The notes under the pieces were generated by a model, which had not been told where the DNA came from, did not search any database, and saw only the letters and a program-made list of their open reading frames with translations. 64,000 nucleotides of DNA from Anaerolineae bacterium (lineage in GTDB: Bacteria > Chloroflexota > Anaerolineae > UBA1429): NCBI GenBank assembly GCA_963675785.1, contig OY776562.1, forward strand, positions 352,001 through 416,000, given 5' to 3'. Positions 1-9,100 of this stretch are shown piece by piece. A program made the translations under genes and the position numbers. How positions within the stretch are numbered: position 1 is the stretch's first letter; the number at the start of each line of letters is the position of its first letter.

Positions 1-57
1 GCTTCATTAAGCACACTGCACATGAACGTTTTGGATCGAGTGTGCACCCTTAATAAG

Positions 58-92
58 AAAGGCAGGTTCACAATAGACGTGAACCTGCCTTT
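58..92. terminator. Likely bidirectional intrinsic terminator downstream of selD
   Basis: 14-bp perfect inverted repeat AAAGGCAGGTTCAC / GTGAACCTGCCTTT with A/T-rich flanks, 19 nt past the selD stop. Confidence 0.75.
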
Positions 93-111
93 GAATCCAA
101 ACCGGTTATCC

Positions 112-1161
112 TTAGGGAATGACTCTGACGCCGCACCCTTTGTAAGCGCTACCTACCACCCAGAAAGATTGTCCTTCTTCATCAAGCGCTTTTGCAAGCG
201 CATTGGCACGGTCAGGGGCTACAGCAATGAGCAAGCCTCCCGATGTTTCGGGTGTAAACAGCAGAGTGCGCATTTCCGCCGAGATGGATTCATCAAAAGT
301 GACATGTTTTGTGTAAAAGTTCTCATTGCGGCAGGCCCCGCCGGGGAAGAGCATGTCGTCTGCATACTGAATGGCCCCTGAAATGAAAGGTAGCTTGGAG
401 AACTCGAACTCCAAGCCGATATTGCCCTTTTCGGCCATCTCCCAGGAATGCCCCAGCAGGGCAAAGCCGGTGATATCGGTTACGGCGTGCACGCCAACTC
501 TACGAATGGCCTGAGCAGCTTGTTTGTTCAGGCGTTTCATGCTTTCGGTGGCTTCGGCAATGTGTTCTTCGGCGGCCAGCTGGGCTTTGGCAGCCGTGTT
601 GATAACACCCACGCCCAATGGTTTGGTGAGGAGAAGAATGTCGCCTGGTTTTGCGCCGCCCTTGGTAAATATCCTGTCGGGGTGAACTGTGCCCATCACT
701 GATAGGCCATACTTGGGCTCTTTATCGTCAACGGTGTGTCCGCCAGCAAGAACGCCACCTGCTTCACGTACCTTTTCCCCGCCGCCCCTGAGGATTTCCG
801 AGGCAACTTCTGTAGGCATATCTTTGGGGAAGCAGAACACGTTGAGCGCAAGCACGACCTCACCGCCCATTGCATAGATGTCACTTAGCGCATTGGCAGC
901 AGCGATCGCGCCATAGTCATAAGGGTCATCTACTATGGGTGTGAAAAAGTCCAGCGTTTGAACGATGGCCAGCTCGTCACTGATTTTGTAGACGGCAGCA
1001 TCATCCGACACACGCAGCCCAACCAACAGGTTGGGGTAGTCTTCAGCTTGGAAAAGAGCTTGCAAGGGACGCAGTACCTGCGCCAGGGTCTCAGGACCCG
1101 TCTTGGCCGCTCAACCTGCTGCAGTTGTCATGGCGGTAAGGCGAATTCGCTTATCATCCAT
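112..1161 (-). CDS. selD: Selenide,water dikinase (selenophosphate synthetase), selenocysteine-containing (Sec17)
   Basis: SelD motifs DDAAVY, QTLDFFTP, GGHT, DITGFAL. The frame extends past the ORF-track start through an in-frame TGA (1111-1113) to ATG 1161 with RBS GGGGGAG, giving MDDKRIRLTAMTTAAG-U-AAK, the canonical G-(C/U)-x-x-K active site. Confidence 0.95.
1082..1107 (-). promoter_or_regulatory. Bacterial SECIS element of selD
   Basis: Just 3' of the UGA: lower stem GCCA/UGGC, 5' bulge AGAC, upper stem GGGUC/GACCC, loop CUGA; the loop starts 16 nt after the UGA. Confidence 0.8.
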
Positions 1162-1201
1162 GTGTTCTCCCCCTTTCGAATACAGTGTTGCCCTGGTCAC
1201 C

Positions 1202-1423
1202 CTACAGATCGTGGATCCCCTCTATCTCTAGCTTTTGCTTGGTCAATTCTGCCAGCGCTCTCTCTTTATCATCCGTGGCAATGCTCACGCAAATGCCGCA
1301 TTCAGAGGAGAGTGTTCTGGGGACGGGTATCAAGCGACAAGGTATTCTTACTCGCGTGAGCAGATGTTCTGCCCGCACGGCATAATTCGTACCATATACC
1401 AAAATGACGGTCTGCTTGATCAT
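1202..1423 (-). CDS. DUF3343 family protein (putative Se/S carrier-like)
   Basis: 73 aa with LIPVPRTLSSECGI motif; overlaps the upstream stop (ATGA); a usual selD neighbour. Confidence 0.85.
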   Translation of the reverse strand: MIKQTVILVYGTNYAVRAEHLLTRVRIPCRLIPVPRTLSSECGICVSIATDDKERALAELTKQKLEIEGIHDL

Positions 1424-2580
1424 CGCCTAGAGGCCTCCTGGGCAAGCGACCGCACGGCGTTCAGTGTTTCCAATATCTCTTGCTCTGTGGTTAGGGCGCT
1501 CATGCCCAAGCGGACTGTGCCCTCTGGGAAAGTACCCATGGTGTGATGTGCTGCTGGAGAACAATGTAGCCCGACACGGCAGGCGATGCCAAATTCCGTA
1601 TCAAGGCGTAACCCCACCTCTGAACAGGGCATGTTAACGATGTTGAACGACACGGTTGCCGTTTGGCATGTTGCATCATGCGTGCCATAGACCTGAATAT
1701 ATGGCATATCGTACAGGCCTTGGATGAGCAGTTGTGTGAGCTGCATTTCGTGAGCACGGATACTATCGATTCCCCTATCAAGCAGCCAGTCGATCCCTGC
1801 TACAAGCCCGGCTAGCCCCACCACATTGAGCGTGCCACTCTCGTACTTGTCGGGGCAACGGGTGGGCTGGAATTCCTCTTCTGATCGACTTCCCGTGCCG
1901 CCGCGTTTGAGCGGCTCAAATTCATCAATGTCAACACGAGGGCCAATAACGAGACCGCCAGTGCCCATAGGTCCGCATAGGGCTTTGTGGCCGGTAAAGG
2001 CGAGCAAATCAATGCTGCTGGTTTGCATATCGATGGGAACGGAGCCAGCAGTTTGGGCTGTATCGACCACAAAAAGAGCCTGGGTGCTGCGCACGATTTG
2101 ACCGATTTCGTCGATAGGCTGAATGGTGCCCACCACATTCGAAGCGTGATTGACGATGACGAGACGGGTGTTGGAGCGAATAGCCTGGCGAATGGCTTCA
2201 GAGGCGACGAGGCCTTCTGGCGTGCAAGGAACGACGGTCAGCTCTATGCCCTGGCTTTCCACATAGCGCAAAGGCCGCATGACGGCATTATGCTCCATGC
2301 CTGTTGTAACAACGTGATCCCCAGGCTTGAGCAGACCATGGATAGTCAAGTTCAAGGCCTCGGTAATATTGGCTCCAAAAACCACGCGCATGGGATCTGG
2401 GGCTCCAAAAACCCTGGCAATGCTCTCCCGTGTGCGGTAAATGAGGCGCCCCGACTCAATGGCGTTGTGATGTGCAGCACGCCCTGGATTGGCCCCGACG
2501 TTCTTGATAAACTCGCACATTGCCTCAGCTACGCCGGGAGGCTTGGGCCACATGGTTGCCGCGTTATCCAAATAGATCAA
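1420..2580 (-). CDS. Class-V PLP aminotransferase, cysteine desulfurase / selenocysteine-lyase-like
   Basis: IYLDNAAT, NPGR, HASNV, DTAQTAG, FTGHK (PLP Lys), RVGLHC (catalytic Cys). Start placed at TTG 2580 behind RBS AGGAG, not at 2706. Confidence 0.9.
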   Translation of the reverse strand: MIYLDNAATMWPKPPGVAEAMCEFIKNVGANPGRAAHHNAIESGRLIYRTRESIARVFGAPDPMRVVFGANITEALNLTIHGLLKPGDHVVTTGMEHNAVMRPLRYVESQGIELTVVPCTPEGLVASEAIRQAIRSNTRLVIVNHASNVVGTIQPIDEIGQIVRSTQALFVVDTAQTAGSVPIDMQTSSIDLLAFTGHKALCGPMGTGGLVIGPRVDIDEFEPLKRGGTGSRSEEEFQPTRCPDKYESGTLNVVGLAGLVAGIDWLLDRGIDSIRAHEMQLTQLLIQGLYDMPYIQVYGTHDATCQTATVSFNIVNMPCSEVGLRLDTEFGIACRVGLHCSPAAHHTMGTFPEGTVRLGMSALTTEQEILETLNAVRSLAQEASRR

Positions 2581-2592
2581 GAAACTTCTCCT

Positions 2593-2646
2593 ATCGGGGC
2601 GAGCTCCTGGAGGAATTTTCCCCTCCTCCAGGAGCTCGCCCCCGAT
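2593..2646. repeat. GC-rich intercistronic inverted repeat (22-bp stem)
   Basis: ATCGGGGCGAGCTCCTGGAGGA - 9 nt - TCCTCCAGGAGCTCGCCCCCGAT (one bulged base); no U-tract. Confidence 0.85.
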
Positions 2647-2648
2647 CT

Positions 2649-2855
2649 CTACTTGCTGATAGTCAGTGCAAATCCATCGTTCTGTTCGATGGCAGAGACG
2701 ATGCAACCCTGTTTTTCAGCGATGCGGCGGACATTCTCTCGTGAAGTTACTGTATCGACGAGAACGACAAATGGAAACTCACCTTCATCAATCGCTTTGC
2801 GTGTAAGGATAACGGGTTGAGGGCAAGAGAGGCCCTGTGCATCTACCGTTTTCAT
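2649..2855 (-). CDS. TusA/SirA (YedF-like) sulfur/selenium carrier
   Basis: MKTVDAQGLSCPQPV, the TusA-family CPxP motif; ATG 2855 overlaps the yedE stop. Confidence 0.9.
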   Translation of the reverse strand: MKTVDAQGLSCPQPVILTRKAIDEGEFPFVVLVDTVTSRENVRRIAEKQGCIVSAIEQNDGFALTISK

Positions 2856-3982
2856 GCTTCTACCCTCCCGGGTTTTTCTCTCATTGTAAAACCAATAATC
2901 AGGCATATGGCAATGCCTACAAATACTGCGATCATGCCCCAAGTGGAGATGCCACCGACTTTGACTATGCCATCGACGACCGAGTCGGGCGAAGCAGCCA
3001 AGCTAAAGTTGTGCGCAAAAGCAGCGCCGGCGATCATTCCCAGTACAAAAGTAGCTGCATCGCTATCACCTTCACCCGAAAGGATGAGTTGCCGTCCTGG
3101 GCAACCGCCAGCCAGAGAAAATGCTAAACCAGCGAGTACCATGCCAGCAAAGTTCCAGAGCGTGTTGCTGTGAGCAATAGGCTGACCAGCAAAGCCGAGA
3201 TTGAACTGTCCGAGGATAAGGTTCATGAGGAACGCGACCACGACAAGGGATCCGAGACCACTGATAAGGTGCGTATCGCCCATGAGGATAACATCACGGA
3301 TGGATCCCATGGTGCAGAAACGGGTACGCTGGGCCAAAAAGCCAATGAGCAGACCAGCAGCAAGGGATATGGCGATAGGTGCGGCCATCGAGCCCGGCCC
3401 TGATTCGCTGGAAAAAATGGCACCGCCTTCGGAGAATTGCGGTTGCCAAATAGCCAGAATGAGCAGAAACACCATGATGGAAGGCATGATCCAGCCTACA
3501 GTGGCGCGTTGTGTATGCGCTCGCCCCAGAGTATAACCGTGCTTGAGGAACCACACGCCACCGGCAATGCCAACTGCTAGGCCGACAAGACCGACGATGG
3601 CGTTCATATCTCCGCCAGCCAGACGCAGCAGTGCTCGCCAGGGGCAGCCGAGAAAGACGAGGGCACCGATCATGGCCAGCATACCCAGGATAAAGCGGAT
3701 GATGGGGGCAGAACCACCGCGTGCTTTCCACTCTCTAAAGAGCAATGCGGCGATAACGGAGCCAAGAACAAAGCCCATAATCTCAGGGCGCAAGTATTGC
3801 ACAACACTGGCCCTGTGAAGTCCCAATGCTCCGGCGATATCGCGCTCAAAGCAAGCTACACAGATGCCCATATTGGGCGGATTGCCCCAGTACTGGAGTA
3901 GGGAAGCGAGAATGCCGATGACTGCACCGGCAACGATGATCCCCCATCGAGAGGCGAAAAAGCGAGTCAGTCGTTGGCGCAT
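2852..3982 (-). CDS. yedE: YedE/YeeE family putative selenium transporter
   Basis: Polytopic membrane protein with GNPPNMGICVACFERDIAG, FLGCP, RTRFCTMG and AGGCPGRQ motifs; RBS AGGAGGA. Confidence 0.9.
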   Translation of the reverse strand: MRQRLTRFFASRWGIIVAGAVIGILASLLQYWGNPPNMGICVACFERDIAGALGLHRASVVQYLRPEIMGFVLGSVIAALLFREWKARGGSAPIIRFILGMLAMIGALVFLGCPWRALLRLAGGDMNAIVGLVGLAVGIAGGVWFLKHGYTLGRAHTQRATVGWIMPSIMVFLLILAIWQPQFSEGGAIFSSESGPGSMAAPIAISLAAGLLIGFLAQRTRFCTMGSIRDVILMGDTHLISGLGSLVVVAFLMNLILGQFNLGFAGQPIAHSNTLWNFAGMVLAGLAFSLAGGCPGRQLILSGEGDSDAATFVLGMIAGAAFAHNFSLAASPDSVVDGIVKVGGISTWGMIAVFVGIAICLIIGFTMREKPGRVEA

Positions 3983-3986
3983 GGGT

Positions 3987-4041
3987 TCCTCCTGTGCATG
4001 TTGGGCTGCGCTGGAATGACAGCCCGTTGTGCACGAGGAGA
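3987..4041 (-). promoter_or_regulatory. Putative hairpin sequestering the yedE Shine-Dalgarno
   Basis: UCUCCU(C)GUGCA (4041-4030) pairs with UGCAC-AGGAGG (3998-3988); inner stem GGGCUG/CAGCCC (4025-4020 / 4008-4003). Confidence 0.65.
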
Positions 4042-4152
4042 CTATTTGAGCAGGGAAGGGTCATTCCAGAGGAGCCGTTTGATTTGGTGAGAGCAGAGAG
4101 TGCCGTCCGGCACCCGATTTTTCCGCTCTCAGATTCGATGTTGAATTGGCAT
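4042..4152 (-). CDS. Putative selenocysteine-containing leader peptide (36 aa, MPIQHRI-U-ERKNRVPDGTLCSHQIKRLLWNDPSLLK)
   Basis: RBS AGGAGGA (4164-4158), ATG 4152, in-frame TGA 4131-4129 followed by a SECIS-like hairpin, open to TAG 4044-4042, 59 nt before the yedE ATG. Confidence 0.65.
4088..4131 (-). promoter_or_regulatory. SECIS-like hairpin in the leader ORF
   Basis: Lower stem UGAGAGCGGA/UCUGCUCUCA, 5' bulge AAAAUC, upper stem GGGUGCC/GGCACUC, loop GGAC 20 nt after the UGA. Confidence 0.7.
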
Positions 4153-4204
4153 CACGATCCTCCTAGCGACATGTTGCCAGTATACTCCAAGTGTCAAGAG
4201 TCAT

Positions 4205-4249
4205 AAAGGAAAGAAGAGGGGGGGGCAAGCTTACGCTTGCCCCCCCCTC
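4205..4249 (-). terminator. Intrinsic terminator of giant surface protein A
   Basis: 15-bp G/C-rich stem with GUAA loop, then UUCUUUCCUUU on the minus strand. Confidence 0.85.
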
Positions 4250-6126
4250 GGTCATGCCAAGTTCTAGTAGTTACAAAAGATCAGGGGGAAAGCAATAGTC
4301 GTCGTCGGAGTTCGAAGGGGCTGGTAACTATAGTTACCAAAGGTAGCGCTGCCAGAATCACCATCCAGTAGCTCGACAGAGACAGAAGATTCAGTCGTGC
4401 AGGTCAGGCTACTAGGCGTGACCTCGACGATGCGATAGTTACCGGCACCCAGGCCAGCGATTCGCCAAGAGCCATCTGCGCCGGTCTTGGTGGTAGCCAC
4501 GAGATCTTCCTGGCCGGTTTCCGGATTAACAGCATAGACCTGGATTGTGAGGCCAGCGATACCGGCCTCATTCTGGTCCTGGGCACCGTTCTTGTTGCTA
4601 TCGTTAAAAGCCGTGCCCGAGAGAGAGCCAGGGAAAGAGCAGCCAAAGGAGACATCTGCGGCGATGCCGTCGGCGACAGAGATGTCCTGATAGAGGAGAT
4701 CACAGGTAACGCCGTCGGGGAAATCGGGCACGACGCGGTAGTCGCCGTCGGCCAGGCCGCCGAACTGATAGACACCGGCTGCGCTGGTGGTAGACGTGGT
4801 GATGAGCTCATCATCGCCAGTACCCAGGAGGCCATCAGAGCCAGGGCCATAGATACTGACAAGAATACCAGCCAGAGGAGTCTCGCCATAGTCAGGGAGA
4901 TCATCCTGATCGGCATCATCCCAGATAACGCCAGTGGTTTTGCAAGTCATGGTATCGCCAAAGTTAATGATACTGGGTGTTTTGGTGTTGACCGTAACCT
5001 CGACCTGGCCAGGAGTTGTGCTGACATGACCTTCAGGGTCGATCTCGACGAGAGCGAAACTGGCATAGCCCATGTTATCAAAGACATAGGTACCGAGTTC
5101 AAGCTGAGAGAAACTGTAGAAGCCGTCCTCGTCGGTAATACCTTCAACGAGAAGGAGATCAGCGTTGGGAGAGACGACCTCACTGCGGGCATAGACCTGG
5201 ATGAGGACACCGGCGATACCCTGTTCGGTAGCATCCTGGAGGCCATTGGCATTGGCGTCTTCAAAGACAGTACCAGCGATAGTACCGGTAGGCTGAGCGC
5301 CGACAGAGATAGAGCTGGCGCCGTCGCTACCGATATAGACATCGCGTGTGAGAGGCGATTCGCCGACATAGCCATCGGGATAGTCGATGATGATGCGATA
5401 GTAACCCTCGGGGAGATCACCGAGAGAGACATTGCCGTCCTCATCGGTGGTCAACTCGGTGATGAGGACATCGTCATCGGTACCGAGGATGCCGTCGGGA
5501 CCAGCGGAGATAACGGTGACGGAGGCTCCCGGGAGAGGCTCGTTGTCATCATTCGGCTTATCGCCGAGTTGAGGATCGATACAGGTATGGACATAGAGGG
5601 TGCCTGTTTTGAGATAGCCAAAGGCAGGCTGGGTCATAGATTGACCTTCGCTGATAGAGATTTGGCGTTGAGCGACACCGCTCATAGCGTAGCCATCGAC
5701 ATTGGCAGCGCAGACCATATAGCTACCGTCGGCAAGGCCGGTAAAGACATAGGCACCGTCGGCTTCGGTAGAGCCTGAGGCAACGACGACATCGTCAGCA
5801 GTACCAAAGCGGGCGTCGGCACCGGGTCTGAGGAGAGAAAGGGACACATCGGCCAGTGGGGAGCCGCTTTCCGCGTCCTGCCCCACATAGGCCTTGACGC
5901 GGAGCTGAGCGATGGACTGACAGCCAAAGTTCTTGGAGAGCACGTTACCGGCGATGACATTGACGGTAGCCGGGTTGGCGGTGGTCACGGTACTGCCAGT
6001 GGGAGCAGTGACCTGGATAAGATATGTGCCAGCGAGCAGATCTTCAAAGGCATAGGAGCCGTCGGCTGCAGTCGTGAGAGAACTCAAAGTAGCATCATCG
6101 GCTGTGTAGGCGATGCCGTCGGAGCC
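4230..6126. repeat. Direct repeat copy 1 (~1.9 kb, near-identical to 11571-13467)
   Basis: Matches at offset 7341 with only scattered substitutions (e.g. near 4311, 4350, 4634, 6108); includes the terminator. Confidence 0.95.
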
Positions 6127-9100
6127 TAAAGAGACTAGCTTGACCGAAGCATTTGCTACAGCAGCTTCATCAGTCCCCAACTTGCCGTTTCCATTAGTGT
6201 CTGTATAGATCACACCACTGATATCGCCTGTGGTGGGAGCCGGCGTAGGAGTTGCTTGAGGCGGGACGGTGGGCACCGGTGTAACAGCAGGATTGGGCGT
6301 AGGTGTAGTAACGGCACGATTACTCTCGATAGAGAGGGTAACGGTACAAGTATCGGTGAGGCCGCCCAGATCGACGACGGTATAGGTAAAGGCGTCGTGA
6401 GTAGTGACGGCATAGCTAGCCGAGTAGGCGATGGTGTCGTCGTCTAGGAGAGAGACAGAGCCATAAGTAGAGTCGCCGACGGAAGCGATGGCGAGGTCAC
6501 CGACTTCGATATCTGTATCATTGGCGAGAACGTCGATGATGACCTGTTCACCAGCGCGCACCTCAGCTTCATCCTCCACGGCATCAGGTGAGTCGTTTAC
6601 GGCTATAACGGTCATGCTGATGGTATGGCTGTCACTCAAAGGAGTTCCCGTGCCAGAGTGCCCCAGATCATTTACATCAAGACTGATTGATTCAGGACCC
6701 TCATAGTTGAGATTTCCTTGATAGTAAAGTCCGCTATCGAGCAGAGCGTTGAGGTCTTGGAGACTATCTGTAATGGTTAGTGTACTAGCAGCGTCGATAT
6801 CATTTGTCCCAAGTGTTCCATGTTCTACACTGGCTACCAGTTCAAGATTCTCAGAACCCGAATCGACATCGCTCAATTGAATAGCCAAGGCATCCACGAG
6901 ATTGAGCGTTTCATCTTCATTGACTGAAGCATTTGCAGGAGCCGTGACGACAGGGCTATCGTTGATGGGTGTGATGCTGATGTTGATTGTGCCTGTTACG
7001 ACACCACCCCTACCGTCTGAGACGGTATACACCAATGCATCAGTCCCCGAATCGCCAGGAACAGGATAGTTTGTTGCAGGCGTGTAGACGACTGCTGTTT
7101 TGTCATTCGATACAGCGGCTACGCCATGTTGTGCTGTTGTGACAGAGATAATGATCAGTACTTCATCATCATCTACGTCGCTGTCATTGGACAGAGCAGA
7201 AAATGTATTGCCCACTGAGTCTTCATCAACGGTATAGTCGTCGTCGACCACAACCGGATCATCGTTCACTTCAGTGATAGTAATAGTCAGACTATATGGT
7301 GAAGCAGAGTCTCTACCGCCATTGCTGGTACCACCATCGTCCTTTAGAACGACAGCAACGCGTGTCGTACCATAGGCATTGAGTGCAGGTGTAAAGGTCA
7401 GTGTGCCATCGGCCGATACGGAGGGTTGTTCAGAGAACAGGGCAGTGTCTTCGGCAGTGGCTTCAAAGTGCAGCTCTTGATCGCTTTCATCACTGGGGCC
7501 GGTGGAGAGGTTCGTAGCCCAATTGGCGACGGTTTGAGCGGAAGCATCCTCCAACAGAGTCTGGTCTTCACCGGCATCAAAAGAAGGAGTATCGTTCACG
7601 GGTGTGATATTGATGGTAAAGGTAATAGCATCTGACTCGTCATCACCACCATTAGCAGTGCCGCCGTTATCAGAAAGTATCACTGTAACAGTAGCCGTGC
7701 CATTCATATTGGCTGCTGGCCGATAGGTGAGAGCACCAGTTGATGAGATGGCTGGCTGAGAGCTAAAGAGCGTCGAGTTATTGCTAGAGACCTCAAAGGA
7801 GACGCTTTGGCCACTCTCATCACTGGGACCGGCGGAGAGGTTAGTAGCCCAATTGGCGACGGTTTGAGCGGAAACATCCTCCAACACGGTCTGGTTTGCG
7901 CCAGGGGTGAAGGACGGCGTATCGTTCACGGGTGTGACATTGATGGTAAAGGTAATAGCATCTGTCTCGTCATCACCACCGTTGGCAGTGCCACCGTTGT
8001 CAGAGAGAGTAACAGTAACAGTGGCCGTCCCATTCATGTTAGCAGCAGGCGTAAAGGTGAGCGTGCCGTTGGAAGAAATAGCAGGCTGAGAGCTAAAGAG
8101 TGCCGAGTTATTGCTAGAGACCTCAAAGGAGACGCTTTGGTCACTCTCATCACTGGGGCCGGTGGAGAGGTTCGTAGCCCAATTGGCGACGGTTTGAGCG
8201 GAAGCATCCTCCAACACGGTCTGGTTTGCACCAAGGGTGAAAGAAGGCGTATCGTTCACGGCTGTGACATTGATGGTAAAGGTAATAGCATCTGCCTCGT
8301 CATCACCACCGTTGGCGGTGCCACCGTTGTCAGAGAGAGTAACAGTAACAGTGGCCGTGCCATTCATATTGGCTGCTGGCCGATAGGTGAGCGCACCAGT
8401 TGATGAGATGGCTGGCTGGACGCTAAAGAGTGTCGTGTTGTCATTGGATACGACAAAGGAAACCGTTTGGCCGCTCTCGTCACTGGGGCCTTTGGAGATA
8501 TCTGTGGCCCAGGTAACAGATTGTGAGACTGCATCTTCTAGCACCGTCTGGTTAGCGCCTGGCGTGAAAGAGGGCTCGTCGTTGACTGCGGTTACAATAA
8601 TAGACCATGTTGCTGGTGCACTCCACAATTCGCCATCATAGAGCGAAAAGGTAAAGGAGGTAGAGCCATTCCAGTCTACATCAGGAGCCAGTCGGACATC
8701 GTCAAAATCGGTGTAGGCATAAGCTTGGGATTCATCAACAGCCTCATCATTTCCAAACAAAAGACGGGCGTTAGCGGGCAAGGTGTCGATACGTACAGAG
8801 ACGAGGGCATCTCCGCTATCTGGATCGGAAAAGACGCCGGTGAAATCGCTGCCAGCCAGACCGAAGAAGGTATCCTCCAGTGTTGTTTTTGAAATGCCGG
8901 ACGCGGAGGGTTGCTCGTTGGCATCTATGATGCTGATTGTGAACGTGTGATCATAGTAGAGCCCGCCAGCATCGGTGGAACGCACAGTCACCGAGTAGCT
9001 GTTGTCAGCTTCGTAGTTGAATACAGTTGCTGCTTTTAACGAGTTTCCAGAGATGCTAAAGGCAGAGGTGTCGCCGCCAACTATTGAGTAAGTGAAGCTA

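Noticed and set aside
1111-1113. selD as a pseudogene with a premature stop
   Set aside because: The TGA sits at the catalytic Cys/Sec position and is followed by a SECIS-like hairpin, so recoding is the better explanation
2581-2706. N-terminal extension of the desulfurase given by the ORF track
   Set aside because: It overlaps the sirA-like gene and the hairpin; family homology begins at IYLDNAAT, with an RBS before TTG 2580
4170-4200. Defined sigma70 promoter for the selenium leader
   Set aside because: TTGACA (4197-4192) and TATACT are both present but only 7 nt apart, so no confident -35/-10 pair can be assigned
3846-4206. ORF-track calls 3846-4064 (-) and 3994-4206 (+)
   Set aside because: No RBS or recognisable motifs; they overlap yedE or lie antisense to the better-supported leader ORF
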